64,000 nt of DNA, taken from NCBI RefSeq assembly GCF_023055435.1, contig NW_025964383.1, positions 14,136,001-14,200,000 on the forward strand, in the 5' to 3' direction. This document shows positions 52,369-64,000 of the stretch, in pieces (positions within the stretch are counted from its first letter, which is position 1; every line of letters begins with the position of its first letter). The position numbers and the translations under genes are program-made. Below the pieces are notes generated by a model. That model was not told the origin of the DNA. It saw nothing but the letters and a program-made list of their open reading frames with translations, and made no database searches. This DNA comes from Haliotis rufescens. Taxonomy: Eukaryota.

Positions 52369-55300
52369 CATCTGTATAAAACATGAGACATGCTTGTCAA
52401 TGTAAAGTGATTTTAGGGACTATGACGGCTGCAAGTATAATTTTCAAACAAGTCACATCTAATTATTGATTTCAGGCTTTTTCATGATTCATGTCATGTT
52501 CATATGCAGATAAAATTGAAAATCATTCAGGATTGTGTAGTTACATGTACATTTAGATTGTTGTTTTGTGGAAATCACCATGTGATCAGCAGAATAAATG
52601 TAATCTCACATTCAGCTTTTGAACAAGAGTCATTATAAGCTTTTTAAAATTGAGCTTTCTTGGACCTTAATCCAGCTGACAGCCAGACGTTGGGCCAACG
52701 TGGGGCCAACGTTGGACCAACGGTTGTTTCATACCTACCGGGCAGCCTGAAATGTTTGTACCAATCCAGATTATGATATCACTTCGCAAGCAATACATTC
52801 CGCAAACTGAATTCATTTTTAACTCTATCCATAAAACAGCAGGCCAATCAAATGCATCATCTCTTGGCATGGTACCTCTGAATACAATCCAATTGGAAGA
52901 TATTTGTATTTCCCAAGAATTTGATAATTACTAACCATCAGACAACAGGCATTGCACAAAGACCCACATAATCATGTGGAACTTCTGAATTTCTCTTGGT
53001 CATACCCCGTACATTCAGCATTGAGGGCCAGGGGAATAGCCTATGCATATGATGTCCCTTGATTCATATAAATATATGAATATGACAACATCATAAAGAC
53101 AACAGATAATTCTGATTGAGGTGACTAGAGGTGATTAAAAGAGCTAAGCACGGGGTGTTCGTCAACTGTATCCATTGTCTCCTCTTATTCCCATGCCACA
53201 GAATAAAATCAAACATACAAATAAAATATAATGACATGACAAGGAGATTGTTATCAATAGAAGGAAAATACATTCCTTCCCCTTTTAGAAAAAAAATGGA
53301 TGTCCTAGCAAAAACCATTGCTGCCACACACACACACACCTATTAAATGGTCAAACTGTTAAAAATGTTTGTTTGTTTGTTGTTTAACGTCGCACTCAGC
53401 AATATTCCAGCTATATGACGGCGGTCTGTAAATAATCGAGTCTGAACCAGACAATCCAGTGATGTTAAAAATGGGAAGGCGATTTTCCTAAATAAAATAA
53501 ATAGTTCAGTGAAAGTTATCCCATGTTGAAAGCATGAATGCTGAATATGAATAATGAATTGACCTACCAATAAGTGATAAAAATGTTAAAACTTTGGGGG
53601 ATCTGATGATTATCTTTGATTATTTAATATTTAAACATGATACTATTTCTTTTTTCTGGATATAAGCCATGAAATGTTTATATGTTTTTAACTTTACAAT
53701 GATAATAATGTAGAGAAAATTAACAAAATATCTTAGATAATATCTGACGAAGTCGAAACAACTCTGTTAATATTTTTTCACGCCCGGACATGATTTCATG
53801 ACCATTTTAAACCAAATTTAATCAACTCCTTACGCAGCCTTAGCGTTAACCATATCTCACCGCGACATTTAGTAATTGTGATGTGGAATGACGTGAGGTG
53901 ATTTGGTGAGATATGTACATAAATTGTATAAAATGGTATATTCTTCAAGTTGTACTATAGGCCTGTGGCCTCTTCAGTACGTGAAATAAAGATTGAATAA
54001 TGTATGCAAACAATGTTAAAGCGACTATGTCATTAATCCCTCCAAAATAACAACAAAGACCAAAGCCCACTGTTTGGTGATTGGAAATTTAAAGCCCCAT
54101 CCTGACTATAAATAGCCCGCAAGGTGGCGGTGTTTCAGTTTCGAACAATGACTGACAATGTAAACACAACCGAGTGTCGGGAGAAGCTTATTGAAAACCA
54201 TACGGGAACAAGATCACCATTGACCGTCAAACTTCGTATCGACTTGAATGACACACCCTTAATATCACAAATTGCTCCATATCTAGACAAAAGTCAATAC
54301 ATTTTCTGTAGTTTTATCATAAAAATCGCATCAATCACAGTGGGCGGAGCTTGTTTACGGTTGCGCTATAAATAGCAAAGCACATGGTCATGTGTACAAG
54401 TGACACATTCAATGCATTTGTGGTCAAAGTGTATTTTGTATATTTTTACGGCAGAACAGCAGCAAAACATCAGTTTCGGTTAATGTAACAGTAACGATAC
54501 ATAAATACGAAACTGACAAGATTCTTTCAGTTCAATCCGAAAATTACAGATATTTGTTTAGTTGTGGTAATTTGCATTCAACAGTTAGACATACACCGCA
54601 CAATAATAAGATTATATTTATAAAACTTACATTATTACACCGCGTTTTTCAACTAGTGTTTAGGAAGGGGCCTCATTTGAAGCACCGGGAGTTGCGCCAA
54701 TATTTCGTAGCTTCAGTATATGAATATGTCACGTGTATCAACATAACAATGCACATAAGCAACTGATAAATACGTCACTAGATAATTTGACATACATTAG
54801 GCGTATCTAGAAAACATTGTACTTACGATAAACGAAAACTTCAATACACATATTCCAAGACAACTTTTATTATGTATTTCTATTTCTGTCCCAGAATTTC
54901 CACACACAAAACTGAGTTTAATCATCAGATCCACACTTGTCCCATGTTTTTTTGTTCGGGGATTTACTTCGCGCACAAGTTTTCAAATACAATCCGGGAT
55001 CCCTTTCCCGTTTTGTCCACACCAATCCCTCAACTGCGGCAACATTTAATATCCGTTTCTTCAAGTCCGAGTATCTACGATCTCTCCAACTCTTCCGTCT
55101 ATCTACCTAAGTCCAGAGGCATTGCTCTAGCTCAGTCCAGACGGATTTCTGCAACATGGTGGCCGCGCCATTCCCCAACTGCGATTGCCTGTGCTGTGTC
55201 ACGCATGGTTGACCAAGGAAGTGTGAACATACATATTCGGGTTCATCTGGCTCCACAGTAAAATCTCGTTGTGACGCTGATTCACTTATCCAAAGAATCT

Positions 55301-56886
55301 GCACAGAATTTGTCTGAAAGTTTCTGTTGCACTTACAAGGACGGAAGAGAGGCGCCATCTTGTCGATTCGAGTTGAAATCGAAATCATGTCATCTTGAAT
55401 TGGAACTTTCTCGACGATAAAGTCACCAATGTCATAATCGAAATGACCAAAGGCTCACTGATCATCTCGAACAACTCTCCGTCAAATTAAGCGTCACACG
55501 AAAGTATTTTTTCTGCTCATATTGAAGACAGGAGAACTTGTAAAGTTCTTGACAGTTGTGAGCAGCAATCTAAGTTGGTTCCGCTCATTTGGCGTGGTTG
55601 CTAGGAGATCGCGTGCTCAGAAAAGGGGAAAACAAAAAGTCTTAGAAAGTAATAAAGAAATCCGCAGTGCAATCCAAAATTACCATGTACAGGATGTTTT
55701 TTAATAAATACTATTCACGAAAACATTTCTTTTCTAAAAATGCAAATTATTTTAATAATTCATCCCAAGGTCGTAACCCTACTCCCGTGGTGGGTATTTG
55801 GAAGGAATCTTCTGATGAGGCCGTGAATCAGGCTGTGTGTATTACATTCATTTTGTTAAAATCAACTGACCAGAAGATTGTCAAGGCATTGACAGTATGA
55901 CAGATGTTCGTCATGGATGGAGAAAAAATGCATCTGATAGAAACATTGTTGTTTAGAGCTTCGAGACCAAACATGTGTTCATACAGAAGTAGTTTACAAG
56001 AGAGGATGATCTGTGTAGCCAGCGACCTGAAAAAGCTTGATGCAAATAATGTTGAAATCCATGTTCACGCAGATTGACAGAATTAATGTGAACAAATATG
56101 TATCTGAACATCGTTTCGTAGTATGTGAGGCTGTCCGTATTTTATCTCCATTCCGACGTGAAATAATATAAAGTTTTCGGGTCTCAATGTTCCTGCCGCT
56201 GGGAAAACTGCGCACCGATCTGACAAAAGAAATACGACTAGATCTACCACTGAACTATCGTAAAAGAACCAGGTCAACCTTTTCTTTCTTCAGTTGTTTA
56301 TAAAATAAAATGATTCCGAAGCAAAGCGACTCGATCTACATCATAAATTAATTCACAGACTAGATTCTGGTATTTAATACTGCCATAAAATAATTTACAC
56401 AATTATTTAAAGACACTTTTTTGTAATGTAATGTATTTCATTTCGTCCGCCCGCTCTCTAGTAAGATGGGGCTTGCAAAAAATATTGATGGCCTTATGCA
56501 AATGACACTTGACATGCCAATCAACAGGGATCCTGGGTCACTGAGACCCGCCAAGTTTAACGGATCGAGTGACTTCGGCATGACGAGCTTTCGGATAAGT
56601 GTGACTTTGCCAAAACACATTGATCCGGGGCAAGGAAAACATGTGACGGAAACGACAGAAAAATGCTTTCATCACTTGAACATATTTTTTACCATTACCA
56701 GGATTGAAGGCAAGGCCAACACAACGAAAATAAAATCACCGATTGCCGTATATATTGTGAGAAATGCTATTCATAAACTGCAGATACACCGTACACCACA
56801 GGACTACGAGGTCTTTGAAAGGCATTCTCCTCCTTATACATATTATTTTTTCTTGTTTAATTACACAGTGACTTCTTTTATTCATC

Positions 56887-57120
56887 CGTGAAGATCCGGG
56901 TTAGAATAGGTCTTCAGTAACTTGTGGTAAGAGGCGACTAACGGGATCGGGTGGTCAGGCTCGCTCACTTGGTCGATGCATGTCATCGTATTCCAATTGC
57001 GTGGATCAATGCTCATGATGTCAATCACTGGATTGTCTGGTCCAGACTCGATTATTTACAGACCGCCGTCATATAGCTGGAATATTGCTGAGTGCGGCGT
57101 TGAACATCAAACAAACATTA
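56887..57120 (+). mobile_element. SINE-like element, family D, (aaac)n tail
   Basis: 3' end gaccgccgtcatatagctggaatattgctgagtgcggcgtt. 3' fragments also occur at 53368-53462 (minus, TSD tgttaaaaatg), ~30540-30600 and ~32578-32640. Confidence 0.75.
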
Positions 57121-57624
57121 TGCGACACCATTTGTTATTCTTTCAAAGGGACATATCGATCACTCACCGTACCTCATTGTCATAGGTAAAGACCAGCGGA
57201 ATTGTCTCCCCTAGACCGTTACCTATATTACTAATACAAATGTTCAAATACAACTGTAACCATAACAAAGTTACATCAATTATAACTAAACTTCTCGCCT
57301 CGCAAGCCGGTCAATTATACCTTTCCAGTGTAGAACCCGTTTGCATCGAGACCAACCTCATCAACAGAGGTCTCTTCTACGGGTCATGGTAGAACTTGAA
57401 AACAACGTCTCCATGGACAACTGTCGTTACCGCAGGTACGTTGCCAAGCAACGGTACTATATGACTGGTAGTCACATGTAGTGTTATTTACGGTATCAGT
57501 AGTACGAACTGTCTGATTGGCATTCTTGAAGTTGGCGAGTAACTATGAAAACGTACAACTGCGTGGATAACCACCTTTTTTTATCCTTACTGTACATGTA
57601 GCTTCATTACAATTACCTGTGTCG

Positions 57625-57813
57625 TCCGTGGTCTAGTGGTCGAGCGTCCCCCGAAGAGCGGAAGATCCGGGCCGGGGTTCGATCCCCGCACGCGTCATAC
57701 TCAAAGACCTTAAAAGAGGGTACTTGTTGTTACCCTGTCTGGCGCTCGGCATTAAGGGGCTAAAACAAGGACTGGTCGGAGTCAGTAACACACACACACA
57801 TACACATACCACC

Positions 57814-57844
<31 letters not shown>

Positions 57845-57925
57845 ACACGCGCGCGCGCGCGTACATGCACGTCACTATATAAGTGCAATAATCTTGGACG
57901 CGACATTAAACGAAAGTTCACCTCA
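57625..57925 (+). mobile_element. SINE family A with internal CA/C/CG microsatellite
   Basis: A and B boxes, with body homology to the other family A copies. Confidence 0.85.
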
Positions 57926-58549
57926 TCTCAACAAGGTTTGTCAGGGGTAAGGTCCGCTCTCCGACTGGACGCCCGACCACCTGACCACGGAGGCGGTCCC
58001 GACAAAAGATGTGTTTTACTTTAAAATGTGATAATTAAAACAACAAAGACGAAAAGACTGCACAACACTTCCAGGAGCCAGGTCATTGAAAACTGAATAT
58101 TAACATGTTGATATGGGTTAAATGTGCAAGCAACAACCTTTTCTCATCATACAAGACAGCTCGACCTGTGATCTCGGGCATAGTGAGTGAGTGAGTTTTA
58201 ACGCTGCTTTTAACAGTATTCCAGATAAATTACGGCGTGTCAGCTTATTGTGAGATGAAAGCCCGAATGGATGCAGGTCTCAGACGTTTACCACTACGAA
58301 ACCCACGAGCATGGGTGACAAGCCTAGAATCGGGATTATACGACTGGGCCACAGTAAACGCAAATAGCTCTTACATTAGGATATAATCACCAACTAGCCT
58401 AAACCAAACACATATTAGTAACTTTTTAAACAACAGCCGAGGTATCCCATACAAAAATACGCAGCCCGGCAAAAGAAAGCATTTAGCTATGTGGATGGCT
58501 GAAAATGAAACAAACAAGAAATGATTCTTCAATAGTCGTCTAAGGCGCC

Positions 58550-58772
58550 CCGAGTTGCGTCCCTTGGGCATGCCAGAAACCCATGATTGTAGGTTCGAAT
58601 CCCGGTACGCCTCGATTATGTTTCTAGGTTCGTCAGTACCATACCCGTGCTCTTGGGTTTCACCAAAGTGGTAAACCATCTGAAACCTGCATCACCTCTG
58701 GCTTTTCTTCCACATTAAGCTGACACGCCGTGATGTAAATTGAATACTAGTAAAAACCCAACTCACTTACTC
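58550..58772 (+). mobile_element. SINE-like dispersed repeat (second copy ~5093-5292)
   Basis: Shared gagttgcg.cccttgggca.gccagaaacc, a B-box-like ggttcgaatcc, tttcaccaaa and an actcac tail. Confidence 0.6.
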
Positions 58773-59715
58773 CGCCACTTCTTCAATAGTGATGTACTTG
58801 ATACGGGTATCATAGTTGAGATGTAGACCTAAGTTTGCAGTGTTTCGAAAGCCGGTTTAACCCTAGAATCGTGTTGGCAATGTGTGTAATTTGTTGGTCA
58901 AATACAATGTCAATAGGTACACTTTCTTTTGCCTGCAAGTTTAGTTCAGTTAAAGTATCACCTGATGTGAATATGATACGCTGCACTCTGAGTTAGACAC
59001 AGGGGACATTACCTCGGTCACACACTCACAGCTAGGTTTCACTCTGGTCTCTCGATCTGGTCTCACGATCTGGTATAAACAGTATAGGAGTCTTCTGCCT
59101 CTGAGTGGTGGTGCGTACTGATGGTGAAGTGTTTTCTTACTCAGTTCATCCTCCCGACAAAAGGGAATTAACTGACTATACAAGTACAGTTTCCTCCCTT
59201 GCTGAACTAGGCTGGTATTATGAAGTTACATTTTGGCTGGGCTAACGAGTCGATTTATAGTCCAATCAAAATCGCGTAAGGAAATCGAAATCCTGTTCGT
59301 GAACTCAGATGCAGATTTGGGTCTATTGCAGGATTTACAAAGCATGTGCACCGCCAATTCGTTGTCCACAGATATTTTCCCAAATCTTTTTATGTTTTTA
59401 ATCAAGGTGCTCACGTGATTTGATGCACTTCGCGATGTAAGACCCGTTTTATCACAATATAGATCTTGATTATCGATCAGATCGTCTTGACATGGCGCCG
59501 CCTTTTTGTTTGAAGCAAATGCAAGTGATACGAGAGGTGGAATCTGATTGGTGCATAGGAGAGGCATAGAAGGGACATAAATAGAGGTTATCACGCGTGT
59601 GTGTTTGAGGATATTAAATATCTTGTATTAGGAATAAACATTGTATTTAGCGAGCCTTACTTAAATTACATTTGTGGCAAAAAATAGAATAAACAACTCG
59701 CTTCAATAAACTTGA

Positions 59716-60042
59716 GGTGAGGTGAGGTGAAAGGAAGTTTAACGTCGCGTCCAAGATTATTGCACTTATACAGCGACGTGCATGTACGTGTGGGTGTGGC
59801 TGCTTGTACTAGTCCGGACTGATGCCGATTTATAGTGGTAGCTCAATGAGATACCATGCCGCAGTTTAACATGAATACCCCACTCAGACACAGTATACTG
59901 ACTCCGAGCCGACCAGTCCTTGCTTTAGCCCCTTAATGCCGAGCGCCAGACAGGGTAACAACAAGTACCATCTCTTAACGTCTTTTGGTATGACGCGGTC
60001 GGGGATCGGCGGACGCTCTACCACTAGACAACGGAGGCGGTC
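59716..60042 (-). mobile_element. SINE family A with 12-bp TSD
   Basis: TSD caataaacttga; (tcacc)n tail. Confidence 0.9.
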
Positions 60043-61094
60043 CAATAAACTTGACATTACATTAACGCTCGTATAATATCCTATAGATATATTCCTAGAT
60101 AACGCATAAAACACAGCCTGTTAAAACAAGCATTATACGCAATAGATCTGGATTTTTTTTATCCCACGTCAATTACATCTGTGATAATAGATATAATATT
60201 ACATTCGCTTCAGAAACCTTGATATAAAATTAAAACTAGTGTAATGATCTGTAAATATAGTCCTAGATAAGGTATCATTAAACACAACCTGTTTGAACAA
60301 GTACTATACACTTGACAACCTCCGAAAAAACAACAGGAGGCACTTTCTCCTGTTTCAGCATATTCTACAACTGCCACCAGGAAACAAACTGTTATAGTTG
60401 CGAAAACCATATGACCATCCTGAGTAATATATTGACACGATTTCTTACTCTGTCATGACTAGATTAGTCACGTGGAACGTTGTAGGTTGCACGAATATAA
60501 ACTGCTAGGCAACCCAACATATACACGGTTAAATTCACGCTCCACTTTGCCCATTACTGTGTGCTGTTCGTCTGCGACCCCTGTTTTCTTGACATCATAT
60601 ATTCGATGTGATGAGTGGTAATGTGTCTGTGAACCTTCTTGCGCCCCGCAGCCAGCTTGGATTGTATACACCCCAGGGAGCTGAGAACGAAAATCGAGGG
60701 CAGATTTAAAGCAACACTCGTTGGTCCCAAAGTCTGAATGACATCAAGCCATTTCAGCTTTCTCTTCAATTGTCAGGTAAATGCAGCAAATTTTACATTT
60801 ACGTTTGATTGGCACCCGATGAAATATAAATTACATTTAAATGCACTTATTGTATGCACATGAATATGTGGCTCTCATGTTATTGGACGGCATTCGTGGT
60901 ATAATGGATAGAGCTTCTTTCCTGAGAGCGGAAGGTCGGTTGTTCGATCGTCTGGTCGCGTCATAGAAAAAACATGTTTTAGACGGTACTAATTGTTAAA
61001 GAAGAAAACAGTATAAGAGGACAGGTATGCACTGTCACTCATTAGTGTTAAGTGGGCGAATATTGTTGAACCCCATAGTCAGCAATATTCCAAA

Positions 61095-62129
61095 TAGACT
61101 CTTCAAAAAAAGAAACGCACAGGTAGTATGTAGTTCATTGAACCTGACTACACAAAAAATCCTGTCCATAAATTGGATGTATGTTATTGGAAAATGTTGG
61201 TGGCCTGATCTTCGACAAACGGTGCGTCAAAACGCATTGTTTTAACACTTGTTTAAAAATGTCATAGAGGAAAACAGTAAAGGATAATGCAAGTTACGGT
61301 ATTCGTGGTAATGGCTATAAAAAGGCAAGCATAAGCCTATCAATAATTTGTCATTCAATTTTCAACATTTTTCATGTTCGAAAATGCCGAGACTCATAGG
61401 ACGTATCCAAAGAGGGGAATCGCAGTCTTCTGTTGCACGCCACTTCCTCGTCCACCACAGCACCATTTCCCGCCTTTGTTCAATTCCGCTGCCGAGAACC
61501 GGCCGACCAATACTTACCACCCTACATTCGACTAATCCCCCGACGCCATCGCAATGTCACAGCTACGGAGACTGCAGGACGCATCCCTTGTTTGAAGAGG
61601 ATATCGGACCAGACTGTCAGGAACCATCTTCTCGAGGTTGGAATCTGACCGAGAAGACCAGTTATCGTCCCTGTTTTGCAACAGACCCATCGACAGCGCC
61701 GCCTGCGTTGCTGCCATACCTTACAGCCTTGGAATTTGAGAAACTGGAGACGAGTGTGGTTTAGCGAGGAATCACGATTTCTTTTTCACCAGCGAGATGG
61801 GAGACAACGTGTTTATCGTCGTCGAAATGAGCGTTTTGCCCCACATTGTGGACGTGAATGCGACACTTTCGGTGGCGGTAGTGTCATGGTGAGGGGGCCA
61901 TATTCTACCACATGAGATCTGACTTGGTTGTGGTTACAAGCAGAATGGCACAGAATTCCGCAGGACAGAATTCGTACACTTATCCACTCAGTGCCAATGA
62001 GATGCAGAGCCATGATTGCTGTCCGGGGCGGTAACATGAGATACTGAGTTCAGCGCAACCTTGTTGCATTGTGTGACATGACAAATTAGTAAAAATCTAT
62101 CCCGTGCTTTTCTTTTTTCGAAGAGTGTA
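61095..62129 (+). mobile_element. Internally deleted Tc1-family transposon with both TIRs
   Basis: Left end TAgactcttcaaaaaaagaaacgcac matches the reverse complement of right end gtgcttttcttttttcgaagagtgTA. Fragments [46 protein letters not shown] and GGNMRY*. Confidence 0.92.
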
Positions 62130-62549
62130 TATGAGTTACGCACAGCGGTAAAGGGTAAACACACTTCTGATCAGAACACACAGTCTCGAGCGGTCCCGGT
62201 GTAGTAGGTTCAAACGACTCCCCCTAAAGACTCGAGAGTCATATGGGTCTAGGCTCACATGACTTCCCGAGCAAGGCTCAAAACACTCCCTCTAGGCTCA
62301 GCTAAGTCCCCTACTGGGCCCAAATGACTCCCCTTGTTTTGGACGAACTGTCCATGCCACAATCACGATCGTCAGATGACATGCATTGACAAGGTACATA
62401 AACTATATATCCCTTCGACGTCGTGTGACAACAGCCATCCGCATCCTAGATTATTCACGTATAAAAACAACAACAACATTTGTTTCACTTTTTCTGACAT
62501 TTATAATTACATTGGCGTTGTAACCAAGCCATGCGAGGCAGACAGACAT

Positions 62550-63500
62550 TTTAGAAACAATAAAAAATACAGGATTACAATACAGGAAGGCGGCCAGATG
62601 GAGGGTTTGGGCAGCTTTAAAGCAAACATTTTCATTAGTCGTCAGAAAGCAAAATATTGGTTGTACAGCAGTACAAAGACTATAACCAGTTGTTTTAAAC
62701 ATCGAGAAACGATCAATGTGTCAGACCAGGTGCAAGATGCCCGCGAAGTCACCCCTTACGACAAGTATGGGTAGCTGGAGAGCAATTCTAATTTAACTCG
62801 GAATAAAATATAAGTACACACAGGGTTACAGCTTGCAAATGAACAAAAGTGAAAGCCACTTCACAAGAATAATGCACGTGTCTTATGAGAGACAGTGGAG
62901 GATTTACTCCATATTCAGAAATGTATGTACATGGTAACTTGTTTGTGTGAGATTAAGTCTTTGACAATAAAAATGCTTCGTATATAAGGTTTGATGGACG
63001 AAAAGGGGAAACCCGGCTGTCACTTTATTTCCCTATCAAATCTTCCGTCTTGAAAAAGAGTATCAAATTTCCACAGGTATCATATTGGGCTAACACCGGT
63101 ATCAGGGGAAGTAACTCATACCACCCGTCAACCCATTGGGTTCTTCGCGTTAATACTAGTATACAGCTAAACAAGCTATTTTGCCGACAAGTTAAAGCAT
63201 ATAAGAGACAGACATGGTTAGTAGAGCAGTCTATATTACAGCAGACAGAAGTACATGTAGGCACACCATCCGAAATCAGAACGTTCGTGTATGATTGATA
63301 ACAAATTATTTCGTTTGTGTCCACACGGTGCTGTTTCCATGGAATTCGGTTTAGGGTGCGAGGGGCAAAATTGGCATTACTGTACTGGATCATTTGATGA
63401 ATATTTATGAACACATTTACAATGAGCTGGATTCTGATGGGTTTTCACAAGCACAGCGATGATCGGAATACCTTATGACGAGGAGCGGAATAGCAGCCTT
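62550..63500 (+). mobile_element. Possible decayed PIF/Harbinger (HARBI1-like) transposase
   Basis: Ordered remnants TSCF..ETINVS..AREVT, GIILG*xRY and KAYKRQTWLVEQSI resemble the motifs ATGxFQ..VSQ..VT, LLGDSGY and HxxTRxxVEQxxG. Confidence 0.4.
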
Positions 63501-63724
63501 CGGCATGTATTTAATGTTGTCAAGCTGTTCACACTTCTACAGGAGGTGAGTTGATCTACTCTGTGTAATAGAAAAGAGAATCACATTTAAGTGATTGTGT
63601 ACGGGATTGAAGGGTTGTATTTTACTGATGATACTTGATTTAGTCTTGATCACTTGATTTTGTGTGTGACAGGGACACACAAACCATTTGGTGAACGAGT
63701 CACGCACATACATTACGCCATTCC

Positions 63725-63885
63725 AGTAGTAGTAGAAGTTGTAGTAGCGGTTGTATTAGTAGTGGCAGTAGCAGTAGCAGGAGCAGTAGTAGTAGTAGTG
63801 TAGTAGTAGTAGCAGCAACAGCAGCATTAGTAGTTGTAATAATAGTAGTAGTAGCAGTAGTAATAACAGCAGTAGTAGTTGTTGT
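63725..63885. repeat. (TAG/CAG)n microsatellite
   Basis: Direct reading. Confidence 0.9.
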
Positions 63886-64000
63886 ATATATTTAAGTGTC
63901 ACACGCATTTGAACATGAACATTTACACAAGATATACATGCAAATCAAGTGCTTATTAGAGCATAAGATGTGCCTGAAATTAACATGTGTTTCTTACACA

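Larger units (their letters stand above)
28945..54088 (+). repeat. Tandem segmental duplication carrying SULT B and C (unit 1 ~28945-42368, unit 2 ~42617-54088)
   Basis: Colinear high-identity intergenic and intronic sequence. Shared start aaaatgagtat(a/g)tcttatcc at 28945/42617 and shared end caaagcccactgtttggtgattggaaa at ~42368/~54088. Confidence 0.9.

Noticed and set aside
54100-61000. Short ORFs of 60-141 aa
   Set aside because: No motifs or consistent splice structure; the region looks like intergenic repeat debris

Overview
AT-rich, intron-containing animal genomic DNA with two N gaps (4470-4623, 9642-9784). The repeat landscape suggests a mollusc, probably a gastropod such as abalone (inference only). 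Contents: (1) a minus-strand, >=13-exon gene (6484-20887) for a DUF885-family protein. This family is mostly bacterial and uncharacterised; the protein here has the HExxPGHH motif and a GPI-anchor-like C-terminus. (2) A plus-strand tandem cluster of cytosolic sulfotransferase (SULT) genes: one truncated pseudogene and two intact 6-exon, 295-aa paralogs inside a ~12-13 kb tandem duplication. (3) Many decayed Tc1 transposons, tRNA-derived SINEs with target-site duplications, Penelope-like RT fragments, palindromic MITE-like elements and minisatellites. The most notable patterns are three tandem arrays seeded on splice junctions of the DUF885 gene, replacement-biased divergence between the SULT paralogs, and imperfect palindromes whose mismatches are consistently tandem GA/GA on one strand. 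All coordinates and translations were read by eye.
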